64,000 nucleotides of DNA from contig NC_047075.1 in the NCBI RefSeq assembly GCF_902459465.1, forward strand, positions 248,001-312,000. The letters are read 5' to 3'. Position 1 is the first letter of the stretch; each line of letters opens with the position of its first letter. The DNA comes from Asterias rubens. Taxonomy: Eukaryota. A model generated the notes under the pieces. It was not told the DNA's origin and ran no database searches. It worked only from the letters and a program-made list of their open reading frames with translations. Below are positions 1 through 12,800 of this stretch, in pieces. Position numbers and translations under genes: made by a program.

Positions 1-684
1 TTGACGAAAAAACAGCAAAGAATAGTTAGTTATAAATTACCAAGGGTCTTCAGCAGTCACTACAGTACTATGGTGGTGAGTAGTGGTAGGTTCCCCCATG
101 GTTCGTTTGTGTGCTGGAACAGGATAAGTTGAGAAATAAAGTTTGTTTTTGGTGTTTTACACTTTTTGGACTAGGCACTTTTTGTGCATTGGCCGATTAT
201 GACCACTTGAGGGCGCTATGTCTGATGTGCGCGAGCTTCACTTGTCCCCGCCCCTCTCTCGGAGGTAGGGGGGTGGTCATGGGGATCATGACTGAAGATG
301 TTTACAACGGCCGAACCCATAACCATAAACAAATAATAATTATTATTATTATGAAACTGTGTAGTACAAATTTCTTCCGATAGCGCCCTCTTTTCAATCC
401 AATCCTCAGCCCATGTTAACTTCCAATATTGGGGGACATAATTCCCTGGCACCTATTTTTTGGTAGACGAAGGCCTAGGGAATAATTAGTGCTAATTATT
501 GAAACGGCAAAAGTATGTTTATTAGACATTTTAATTAGCACAAAGAACAGGACAACCGGAGGTCATAGCTCACATGGCCTTATTTTGTGTAAAATAACAC
601 CAGACCTCACCATGGAACCTCCATCACACACTGAGCCGCTGGTGGTCCCGGTTCCCAACGCACTGCAAACAACTCGACCCATCT

Positions 685-931
685 GAGACCCAAATTTCAT
701 AGAGCTGCTAAGCAAAACAATTTGCTAAGCATGAATTTTTTCTTTAATAAAAACAGGATTACCATTAAATTTCCATTTGTTGCATACTGCTTGTTACTAA
801 TATTCAGCTGCTGTTTGCTTATCCTGAAAATCACGTGGAAATTTTGTTGGTAATCTTGTTTTTATCAACTTAAGGCAAAAATTTCATGCTAAGCAAATCT
901 TTGGGCTTAGCAGTTCTATAAAATTGGGCCC
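685..931. mobile_element. MITE, family with TIR GGGCCCAATTTCATAGAGCTGC
   Basis: Near-palindromic about 250 bp, no ORF. Related copies at about 16331-16532, 44389-44579 and 58202-58445; degraded ones near 16620-16790, 30110-30255, 42520-42690 and 56398-56582. Confidence 0.8.
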
Positions 932-3126
932 TGGGATGACGACGAGGCAACTTATAGCAATGAACGATGTGGGTCTCAGACAATACTATGCCAGTGGGTC
1001 TCAGACAATACTATGCCAACAAACTCCTCATTATTATAGCTCAAGACATTGTCATAAGAATCATATCAACAAAATCCGAGGTCATGCGCACGTTTTATTA
1101 CGAAAAAAGAACGGCCATCGTCCAATGATCTGCCTCCTTTGTTTGCCTCAATGAGGGCGCTTTTTGGCCTCAGCGTGTGACGTCATGTAAGGGGTTCGTC
1201 AAGAATGCCTATACAAAAGCGTTCTGATCTCGCTATCCGGTCCGTAGGCATAACGAATGTGTTAAGCGTCTCTGAGCTTAAGTTGAACAGAAAATAATTA
1301 TTTGCTGTATTTATTAAAAACATCATATCAGAAAATATTTTAACTATCATAAGTAGGCCCCTATATCATTATCAACAATGACCAGAAACTTAAAGCCTAT
1401 TATTTCTAGTAATCAAACAACAACTACCGATAGAGTGCCTACGCTTTGATATCAGCTAAAACACGCGGCTGTACGTCCATTGTTGCAACCGAAACACAAC
1501 ACTTATCTTTATATCATCCTGTCTACTATAATTATTGAGGATTAAGAATGATAACAGTAGCCTGGGCGGAGTAGTTTTGGGTTAAAGTCCATCATTATGA
1601 TCATTCTAGTGATAACTCGTTCTTTCTGTCCGAATCTCTGTGAAACAATGGCAATAAGGATACCTTTGTAACCGAGATGGGTTTTCGATCTAGATGAGGC
1701 TTTACTAATTTGGGGTTTTATACACCGATGTGTGCTAGCACTGTTTACAAGCATCAAAACATAATACTCGGGTGGGTTGCGAACCTTGGTATTCTAGAGC
1801 AGATGTCTTACCAAAAATGTTGGATATAGCTCGTTTCTTATAATACAAAATAAAGTGCAACAAGCAACTATAACACTTGTGAATACGCTTTGTCAATATT
1901 GTTGGTAGGAGTGTTGGCCCTGAACAGATTTGGTGTATACATGGTCTCTGACTCGACGTTTCGAACAGTATGCTCTGCTTGTCTTCAGTAGATAAAATAA
2001 TTTGAATTATATTTCACTTCACAAAACGAAGTTACAAGCTTACGGTATACACATGAAGAATTGAACTCGAGTCATGATTTACTGCTCGATGCTGAATTTG
2101 AGTTTTCATCTGACCCATTTTAGAACAACGCCAAAACTTTACGATGATCAATATTGACTGAAGCTCCTTGCAATAAAAAATATAAAATAAAAAAACACAC
2201 ACACCAGGTCGTGCCCGGCACAACACTAGACACACACACCTCAAAAGCATGAGTATTTCATGTCAAGGGGTTAGATATTTATATAATGGTGTTTTTGATA
2301 ACGAAATGTTTTCACGACTTCAATTTTGTTTGGTTTGTTCCCCTTATACCATATTGGCGGTCGCTGTAACCTCATATAAGTTCTTCAAACAGAAAAAAGC
2401 ACACACCGTAGGCCTATAGATGTTGATCCAAAATGTTTGGAACTAAAATTTTCTGAAAGAGAATAACATGTAAAGGAGAGTGGAATAATTGAAACCACAT
2501 TAATTGAAAACAGAATAGCTCTCAAAAGCTGAGTGCCGACATCATCAGTGAAGGAATTTACACTGGGCGTTGGGTCGTCTACTGAATGCGTTTTATAGGT
2601 TTTATGCAAGAGTTTCACGAATAAACTCAAACATGCCGTAAATAGTAAAATTTCAGTATTTTTTTTAAATTTGTACCAGCAATTTCACACCAAAATAACC
2701 TTCATTCAAACATTAATTTTTGTTCACTGAAAGCCTTTTGCATTTCGTGCTAAACGTATTCAAAAGATCGACCCAGACTTCCAGTGCGCTTGAAGATCGT
2801 GGTGTATAATATTATTCAAAAAGTTGTGTGACTATTATTGAGCCAGACGAGCTCTGTATATAGGATTCTTTACAAGAAAATGGTGTCAAGCTGAAAGGGG
2901 ATATTGAGATAAACAACTTTCTGAACAACACACTGAATGAGGGCAGCAGCTCAATGAACCATAAGAGCAGAAGTAGGCCATACTATAGTTGTTCACACAC
3001 GGGGTGTTGAATGTCGCACTGGAAAACATATAGTGGCACACTGATAAGCATCCTCACGACACGACCCTTTCAAATAAAGGAAACTTCCCTTTGAAATTAC
3101 TACACTCTTATTTAATTACTCAATAA

Positions 3127-3368
3127 AGCTATACAGTTATCTATATGGAAAGATTAAACAGTAAGAAGGTATTGTACTATTGCCAAACAATTCAACCCTT
3201 AATAACATTTCGATGAAGCCCTCAGAAAGAAAAACTAGAATAAGCAGCTATACAGTTATCTATATGGAAAGATTAAACAGTAAGAAGGTATTGTACTATT
3301 GCCAAACAATTCAACCCTTAATAACATTTCGATGAAGCCCTCAGAAAGAAAAACTAGAATAAGCAGCT
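3127..3368. repeat. Perfect 119-bp tandem duplication
   Basis: agctatacagttatctatatgg...aaactagaataagc starts at 3127 and 3246. Confidence 0.9.
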
Positions 3369-3725
3369 CGGTACGGAGTTTATTATAGTTAAACAAACTT
3401 TTTGAATTATTGTAAAAAAGCTGAATTAAAAAACTTTTTGAATTATTGTCAAAAGAAGAATTTATTCGTTTTGTATAAAATAAATGTTATTTCTTAAGGA
3501 ATCAACCGACACCGTCGGCCCCGAAGTGGTACTCCTCGTACCCTTGGAGCAATTGTATTGTTCCATACGTAATATTCATCTGACTATAGATATTTTCATA
3601 ATATTGACCATACCCTATACCGTAGAGGGGTATGGTCAAAATTTGAAAATATCTAAATGCGATAATCATGAGAAAGTCCTTCTTCTTAAAATAATATTAA
3701 AGAAATAAAAACATTATTAACTCAC

Positions 3726-3967
3726 ATGAGGTTTTCTCTGATTTTATCCGGGTCTATGCCATTGATAATCCTTTGAGCAATCCCGGAGTCCGGTTCCTTA
3801 ACCGCGTCTTGGTAGCTCTTGGGTGCCGTAGATTCACCAGTTGAAGGTACCTCTTCACCAGCTGCTGCTGGGGCAGTCACGTAATGTCCGAATAAAATCC
3901 CAATCCCAAGTCCTACTGCTAGGACAACTACCGCAGCTATTCCAACAAGTGTTCTGCTCTGTGCCAT
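3726..3967 (-). CDS. First coding exon of a glutamate carboxypeptidase II / NAALADase-family type II membrane peptidase; remaining exons probably lie left of the window
   Basis: ATG at 3967. MAQSRTLVGIAAVVVLAVGLGIGILFGHY is a short cytosolic N-terminus plus a signal-anchor TM. It is followed by a spacer and IINGIDPDKIRENL, resembling the M28B 'ldelkaenIkkfL' helix. Strong donor AT|GTGAG at 3726/3725 (phase 2). No catalytic exons found in the window. Confidence 0.72.
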
Positions 3968-6011
3968 TTTTATTTTATGTTGATTTCTAGCTTGTAGGCT
4001 AAGCGTGGACTGACTGCATGAGGTATTCAACCTCCTGCTGCTAAACTAACTCAGTTATTTTATACGCAGTTGTAAACACACGTCATGAATATCTAATGCG
4101 GACCATACGGTTTTGAGAATAGTACGATGGCCTCTAGTTGCCAACTAATTCTAAAGCCCGTCCAGCAATACAAAAGTCAAGAACATTACAATAGTGTCCG
4201 TCATTAAACTATGAATTAATTTGTTCTTTATTTACATTTTTATAAAAAAAATTTAAGTCGTAAAATATCATCGGACGGTTTATTTTACTATACTTTTGGC
4301 AATAATAATGAAACCTTTGTGTCTCTTGCCAATTTGACATATTTTTTATTTTATTTTTTTTTGCTGGTTAAGTTTATTTTTTGACTGGTGGGACGGTGGG
4401 GGTATTTTAAATTTTTACTCATTCTGCGTCATTGCTTTTTATTATCTTTCTGTAATTGTCTAATGTTCTTAATGTCTATAGATTTATTGTAAATAATTTT
4501 AGATTATAATAACGGCCAGGGATATATATTTGAATTGAAGGCCTTCGGGCTAAAGCTTTTTTTTGTAAACCTGTTTTTATTCCAGGCATATGTCCCTGGC
4601 TTTTGTTTTGTTGGATTGTGTTTGTATTTTGTATGTGTTTTTATGCCGAATAAATAAATAAAAATAAAATAAAAAAACATACAGCGCCAACAAACAAACA
4701 ATTAACAACCAAACAAAATAGTATACAAAATACCCTAAAACAAAAACAAAACAACAATAACAATCAAGCTGTGAACGTGCTATCCACCCTCCCCACCCCA
4801 GTTCCCACCCATAGTGAATTTGAGCTCAGTTTCATTCACCACGTATTAAATATCAATTTCTCGGTCCGCATATTTTGCGGTTGTACTTCTCGGACACCGT
4901 TGTATTTTAGCCAAATAATTCTTCCACAAGCTGGCCAGTATTGAGCCAGGAGTTTATAAGTCAAGGCCTGATACGCACTGTTATAATGCTGAATCAGCAT
5001 TGAGGCTTAACTTCAATTCATTATTGATTTAAGGTCAACTGGTGGTTCTGATATCATAAAAGCTGCTGTTGAGTTGGTCTTATACAACCATCAATGTGTG
5101 TTTAACACCCATAGTCAATATGTGTGATTTGAACCCTTAAAAGTAAGAAGAAGTGGTTATAAGCGTCTTCGGTTACAGCATAATGGCCATTGACGTCACT
5201 AGGTTCTTTTCAGGACTCGGGAGTCTCGGGAACACTCGTGAGTACTGGTGGGTACTCGGTACTCAGTTTTTAGTCTGGACTCCAAACGATGTTCGAAAAA
5301 TACTCTTGTGGGAGGGGTTTCAAAAATAAGCTAGACAAAACAACCAGTCAAAAAGGAAAAGAAACGTGTGATATGAAATAAAATGTTAAAAACTTAGTAC
5401 AAAAACAACAACAAAATAATCTAACTAAATAAAACCATGCAAAAAATAGTTAATGGCCTGACGTTTCGACCCTAGCAGAGTCTTTCTCAAAGGCTAAAAA
5501 CCATACATCATTACTGTACGTAATTGATAGCTTAAGCATTTTTGTACTCGATTTGTTTAGAAAGAGTTTATTAAAATAAAAATCATTCTGTCAGCCAATA
5601 CGCTGTATTAGAAGATTTGTACAAGTTTAAAATACATTGCATTATTATAGTAAAAAGAGAAAAAAACAAATCACCATCACACCAAGAAGTTAAGAAAATT
5701 TTGTCAAAAGCATCGGAACAGAACAAAAATGTGCCAGACCCTATACTTAGCGCACATTATAGAGAACAGTTATTAACCTTGTAAGTCTGCTGCCACCTAT
5801 AACCGTCTCTGAAGTCTCCCATTGACATAGCTTGACCATCTGACGTCACACTTCGAGGCTCGTGGACGAATAAAAACAGGAGCCCATTCTCCCATTGACC
5901 ATTCGCGAAAACAGCCAAGACTCCCAGACTGCCCCTTTAAAGTAAGGGAACGTGGTTAAAGCGATCTTTGGCTATGGTAAATGACGTCACGTTCTACCTT
6001 GACTCGGTCTC

Positions 6012-6198
6012 TAGAGAACTCGGGAACACTCGGGAGTACTTGAGTACTCGGGAACACTCGGGAGTACTTGAGTACTCGGGAATACTCGGGAGTACCTGAG
6101 TACTCGGGAGTACTTGAGTACTCGGGAATACTCGGGAGTACTTGAGTACTCGGGAACACTCGGGAGTACCTTACTCGGGGGGTATATCTCGGTACTCG
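6012..6198. repeat. GAGTACTCGG-type minisatellite (9/27-bp periodicity)
   Basis: Runs of gagtactcggg / gagtacttgagtactcgggaa(c/t)actcgg. Shorter arrays at about 5215-5265 and 11068-11110. Confidence 0.9.
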
Positions 6199-7110
6199 GA
6201 TTTGAGTCTGGACTCCAAACGATGTAGGAGGAGGGGTTTCAAGATAAGAAATAAAGCAACAAAACTATGGGTAAAAAAAATGAAAACTGTGTTTATTTTA
6301 TGACCGTTATTAATAATGATACCAGCTCTTCTACAACACAATATGTCCAAAATGACCATTGTGCTTCACACACAAACAAAAAACAACAATCGTTATAGAA
6401 ACGAAAGTTGTTGCATGGATGAAATGTTAAAAATAATTGTAAAAAGTAATAACTATAATAAAACAATACCTTACTACTGTACAATGAAAAGTAAGCAATT
6501 AACATTTAAAGGTAAAAAAAAGGACACAAATAACCCACTACTAACACACCAAGAAGTTTATACAAAAGCAGCGGAACAAAAAATAGAATTGCGGGTTTTA
6601 ATTGTTTTATTTAAATACTGCTTTCACCATTCCTTTTGTTCTCATCACTCAATTTATCTTTTTAATGAAACTATGATTAAAATATAGTTTATATATTTAA
6701 CGTAAGGCATTGTCTTTGACTTTTTATTTGGTGATGAGTTATAACTAAATAAAAATAAAAACATTAAAAACGTTCCACCACTTATGTCACGTGGCATGCC
6801 AATCTCTCTAGTAAAACGACAAATGACGTTTATGAATCTGATTAAAATTAAATTTAATTACAAAACCAGCATGATTATCGTTATTCGAATACATAAAACA
6901 AAAACTTGTTTTATTGGCTAAGTCCAAAAGGCACACACAATTAATCGTCTGCGTCAGAACTAAAAGGTGAGTAGTGCAATTTGCTTATTTTGGAGCTTCT
7001 GGTACCAGGTTTTATTGATCAAGAGTGGTATTCAAAAGACTTGTCAGACTAGCCAAACATTCATTTGTTGATTTCGATCTCCTTTTCAAACTTTTATGCA
7101 TTTTTCAAAT

Positions 7111-9831
7111 CTAGTAGCTATAGAGATATGAAAAGAACAACAAATAGTAGACAATTAGGAAACCAGTGATGCAGACGTACGTGAGAATGCCGCACACCAG
7201 CGCTATAGTGGCCCATTTCTTTGCTTCTTTGGAGTTGCGAACAGCGCCCTCATTGTCACCAGCGTGCCAGCGATTCTTTGTCTGATGAAGAAATAAAAGA
7301 GAGAATACAAAATAAACGGATTGTTTTCTAAGCATGATTTCCTAAAAGGGCAGACCAAAGAGCTCATTTTTAAAGACACTGGACACCTTTGGTAATGGTC
7401 AAAGATTAGTATTACCATTTGAAGTGTAGTTTGTGTTAAATTTAAACTATTATAATCGAAACTTATAATTCTCAGGTAGTTAGTTTTCAAGTTTTTTACT
7501 AGAAAAATATTGGTAGAAACCATATATGCTGATTATTCAAAAAATGAGCAAACTATAACAAATATTATTTACCTTTTTTCAAAATTAAAGCACCATTGTC
7601 ATTCTGACGTACCTTCACCCACATTGCAAAAGTACTACACAATATTAGCTAAACATTTTCATAAATCTGTATCTGACAGGCTCATTGTCAGCGCTTGAGG
7701 GAATAGACAGCAACTCACCTCGGATGCCTTCATGATTGCTACAATGCCGCATGGAAGACAGCAACAGAAAGTCACAAAGATAGCGAATATCAAGTAATCG
7801 TTCGGCATAGGTCCCGTGGGTTGACGGACGATGACGGTCGATCCTGGAGGTTGTGCCTGTAACAACAAACAATCATGTCAATCATCTACTTTTGACGTCA
7901 TTGATGCCCCTAGGAATCAGCATGGTCGCAATTGAAACTAGTACTCGATTTCACACATAGGAAGTTGATCTTAAAATGTCTGTATCAAACTTTTTAATGG
8001 TCGACTTTGAGACGAAAGGTGGCACAGACCATGGAGGCACAGACTCGGCAGATAACCATTGGTGCACAACCAAGAAATGGTTAACCTTGTAAGTCTGCTG
8101 CCACCTAGCGTTTCAAAAGTGCCTCATTGCTGGTCAGTTCATTTGCATTCATATCCTAAGATGGACCATACCATTCATTATAATACATAGGAGCATAAGC
8201 TTACCGTGTAGACCCCTACTGGTTGCACGCCTGGGGGGTATGCTGCTTGCACGCCTGGAGGGTAGGCTTGTTGCTGGCCTTGTGGATATGGCTGCTGGCC
8301 TTGTGGATATGGCTGCTGGCCTTGTGGATATGGCTGCTGCGGGTACTGCTGAGGCTGAAACATAAAAATAGAAAATAATATTAGAAGGGTGGAAAACATT
8401 AGTGGATACATATAAATGACGTTGAGACTACAACACAGGAATATTATAATAGTTGACTGAACGGATTTCAAAACGGGCAATGTGCACATACCTGGGTAGG
8501 GGGAATGTACGCTGGTGGTTGGTCGATTGTGCCAGGTTCGTAAAAACCGGGACCTGACTGATCATACGCTGGTGGTTCTGTATTAAAAAGTAGAGAGGAC
8601 ATTTTGTGTGACAACACAAGTAGGAATTTGTGCAAAAATACAAAACATGGTATAGTTTTATAAGTTTTGTAATAAGATATCATCTGTGGACACTATTGAT
8701 TGGTAATTGTCAAAGACTATAGTCTTCACAGTTGGTTTATCTCAACATAATTTATGCAAAAAATAACAAACCTGTGAAAATTTGAGCTCAGTCGGTCGTC
8801 GAAGTTGCGAGACAGTAATAATAAAAAGAAAAAACACTCTTGCCATACGAAGTTGTGTGCTTTCTGATGCTTGATTTCGAGATCTCAAATTCTAAGCTTG
8901 AGGTCTCAAAATCAAATTCGTGGAAAATTACTTCTTTCTCGAAAACTACTTCACTTCAGAGTGAGCTGTTTCTTACAGTGTTTTATGCTATCAACCTCTC
9001 CCCATTACTCGTAATCAAGAAAGGTTTATGATGATAATTATTTTGAGTGATTACCAATAGTGTCCACTGCCTTTTATAAGCTTACTTATTATAGCTTTAA
9101 ATATCTATGATGCGTCATCATGTGGAGGAAGTATAACAGTTCATATTCCTGAGAAAGACTATAGTAGGAAGTTAACGGTTGCGGGTTTAACCTTTAGCCC
9201 GGACGCAGTCAGTATCCGTCGCCCATATGACTAAGAGTTTATACCTCACGTAGCTACAATAATGCAATGTGGTGAAAACGGGTGAATAATAAACAATTAA
9301 ACATTATTATTTAAGTCAAAAACATTTAAGATCAGGTTAAAAATATAAATAAGCAGTAAATAGAATATGGGGCTATTTTGACGAGCAGAATTTCTTGTAA
9401 AAACAGCCAGAAAGAGAAATAGACAAAACAAACAGAAAAACAAGCAAACAAATGACAAACTAACATAACAAAATACAGCTACTCTGACACAAGACTAATC
9501 AGAGGAAATACAACGAGTTCATAAGAATTAGCGAAAAGATGGCAGCATAGTTCAAGCTGAAGCGATAAATAATAAATGGGATAACTTTCCGTATGGCGCC
9601 ACCACTTTTTCACTCATTTTTACAAAAAGGGATAGCTCATTGATTAGATAGGCCTACTTTACTATTTCATATTGAATGAAAAAGTGATGGCGCCATAATA
9701 AATGTAACAAGGATTGAGACTAAAATTAATATCATTGAATGGCTATGAATCATTATGCTTTATACAATATTTTAACCAGTTTTTATACTACAAGGGCAAT
9801 AAGCACTGTGTACAGTACCTTGTTTCTCCAT
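7111..9831 (-). CDS. CD225/dispanin family protein A (PRRT1/IFITM-like, proline-rich N-terminus), about 185 aa
   Basis: Exons: 9831-9819 (MEKQ+G, donor GTACTG, phase 1; least certain), 8577-8492 (PPAYDQSGPGFYEPGTIDQPPAYIPPTQ), 8354-8205 (PQQYPQQPYPQGQQ...VYT), 7856-7719 (PNDYLIFAIFVTFCCCLPCGIVAIMKASE), 7281-7111 (TKNRWHAGDNEGAVRNSKEAKKWATIALVCG...YSY, TAG). All introns are GT-AG with matching phases. The DY-hydrophobic-CC-P-G-A and GD-GA-S-A-W pattern is the CD225 signature. Confidence 0.9.
8684..9075. mobile_element. MITE with TIR core GTGGACACTATTGGTAAT, in intron 1 of dispanin A
   Basis: gtggacactattg...gtaat at the left and attaccaatagtgtccac at the right. A related element lies at about 22968-23342. 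Confidence 0.7.
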
Positions 9832-12800
9832 GGTCAAACTGCCGCAGTAGACAGCACCAGTTCCAAAATGTAGCACTGACTAGTCAGACTTCAACCACCT
9901 CTATAACAGTTCCAGATTCCCTTCTGAAGCGCGGATAATCCACGTTGTTTTCAGTTCAATAATAAACACTTTTATTCTGGAATTTTAGGCTCTAAGTATT
10001 TGCTGTGATGTGTCGTTCTACAGGGGGAGGAAGTCTTTTTGTGACGCACTAGTATTTCGGCTTCACCATAACACACGTCATTCCGTGTGAATGAGCCCAA
10101 ATTGCAACCTTAGACATAATTAACATAACAATAACCTTTGTACTCATCGTTCAATTGTGTCAACATACTAGGAATTTAAACTTGCCATAGTCGATTCAGG
10201 TCTTTTCGATTCTCGGAGTGGAGAAGTCATGAATTGAAAGTCCGCTCCAATGCAAGACTGATTCAAATCTTTCTCATGTCAGACATAATCGATTTAATCA
10301 TCCTCTTAATTATCATTCATAAAGTCACCGTTGCAGCGCCCGATGTTATCTATATGAACCGTTGTAAACATCAACTTATTATTTATAAATAATACATTTT
10401 AGCACTCCCATACTTGTTTATTGTCTTGCGTGTGTGCTTCAGCCGCCTACATTAATGTAGAGAATGAGTGAAAATGGCGGTTTATAAAGCTTGACCGTTG
10501 CTACAGCGCATGTCGCATCATCACGTCTGACTGTTGACGTCACAGTCATAAATATGCAAATCACGTCATCAAGTATTAACAAAAACAGACAAAATCACAA
10601 ATTAAAGAAGCACAACAATAACCAAACAACAGGGTGTCTTTTGAATAACTCTCCCGTTCAATAATGATTCATTTATTACAAATATTTTTTCCAACAATGG
10701 TATGGTATGGTATAGATATAACGGTATCGGGCATGCAGTGGAGTTTTAAGCAAGACCTCTTTCATTGACCGCCATAAAATGAAACGTGCAAGCTGAAGAG
10801 CCCAAGCTGAAAGACTATCATTGGCTGAAAGTTGAACGCAGCGCGTAAAAGCGTGCACCTCTTTTCCATTGTTTGTCATCAACGATGGCGTTTAATGACG
10901 TCATGTGCAATCTATCCATTGACGGTTAAGTGTGGCTAATGCTGGTATATTCAACCGTTCAGTGATCCAATCACATACAATTTTAGACATTGACATTGAC
11001 AGATTGCCAAAATGATTGAAACATGGCCAATGACGTCACTAGGTTCTACCTGTACTCTGTCTCAAGAGAACTCGGGAGTACTCGGGAGTACCCGGGAGTA
11101 CTCGGTACTCAATCAACATAACAATAAAACCTTTCTAATTATTCAATTGCGTCATCATACCGGGAATTTAAAGTTGCCACAGTCGCCTCGGGTCTTTTGA
11201 TCGAGTGCGGTATTCACGTTTTTGTAAGTCCTGCTCCAATGCAAGACTGATGCAAGTCTTCCACTTAAATTGACCGTTGATACATTTAGTCACCATGCTG
11301 CAGCGCCCGATGTTGTCTATAGGAGGCATATTATTCTTATAAAGTTGTAGTTGTACAACGCACGATAACAAACAACTAATTTAGTTATAAATAATACATT
11401 TAGATGACGTCATGTGAAGTGGTCTATACTACCGGACCCCAATGTTGTTATTACTTTGGGAAGTTGTTGTCTCAAAAAGAACGAATTAAAATGCATCTAC
11501 ATCTGGTTGTGCAATGTTGGTCTTAAATTAAATAAATGAATGGCTACAATAAGCTAAGAAACTTGTGCTGCTTATAGACTGCTGTTGGTTCGAATCCCAT
11601 CTTTGCAGTAAATGGAACTTTCGTCATTCAGACATAAAACTTTGACTATTTTTCGACTGTCACTATTCATAATAAAGAATTAACAATAAGGAGATTTTTT
11701 TGAAACACTTCTAGTTTATTGAGTGATAAATAATGGTACGGCAAATAATACTGATTACAAACGACCAATTATTCTTGGACAGAAATTTCTCATTCCTCAG
11801 ATATGTGTAGCCAACTGTTGCTGGAGAGCTCAATAAATAATCTGAAGGCTCAATTCCCGGCAGACTGATATTTTAAAAGTCAGTCCAACAACCGCGAACA
11901 ACCAACAACATTAGAACTGAAAGGATCATATTGCCATCTTCTTGAATACACTTTTGGGTTTCAGGAAAAAACAAATTAGTCAAAGACCGTCAACTGACGA
12001 TTTGATGACATTCAGCCCTTCTCCCAAGTGTCTATTATCATAAATTATATAATAAACAAAAATAAAAATACTCAAACAGAAAATGGTTATTTACAGAATA
12101 TACCTCAAATCACTTCCAATGCATTTACAAATACAACGCCATTGTTGTGTGATACAATACACGGCACACTACAGTGGGCGAAAGACAATGTTTTAAACAC
12201 ACACTACATCGAGATCAAGTTAACTGCATCCAACAAATGCCCCCTCCCCCTGACATCCACATCCTAGCCCCACCCCTCTTTAGATTCATCTTCTATGTTT
12301 GGCATGGTCTATTCATTATCATGATGCCACCATCTTGGTCATGTGCCCCTTGTATTCAATAACAGTAATGAATGCTAACGTTCATTGTACAAAAAGGAAC
12401 CAGACTATTTAATGTCTCATTCCAGCCTCGGTTTGGTTACACTCATTTTGAATGGGAGAAAATCAAGATGGCTATCCCATGATAGAGCTATATAGATCTC
12501 ATTTTAAGACATTGATCCATCATTTTGGAATAGAAGTGAATGAAAAAAAAAAAAAAACGTTCACAGAGCGATAAACTCCAAACAGGAATTTTGTTTTATT
12601 TATTTCTCGTCATGACATTTCAGACAGAAATATTTCAAGGGATGTTTTGTACTATCATCTTCATTGATCGTGTAAGTTTTATGTAAAATAATGATCTAAG
12701 ACGAGTTTTTTCTCTTACCAATTCTGTAATGTCTCTTTAATTGATTGGTACATTACAATACCCTTATAACACATAAACACCTGTTCACATCTGTCCACTT

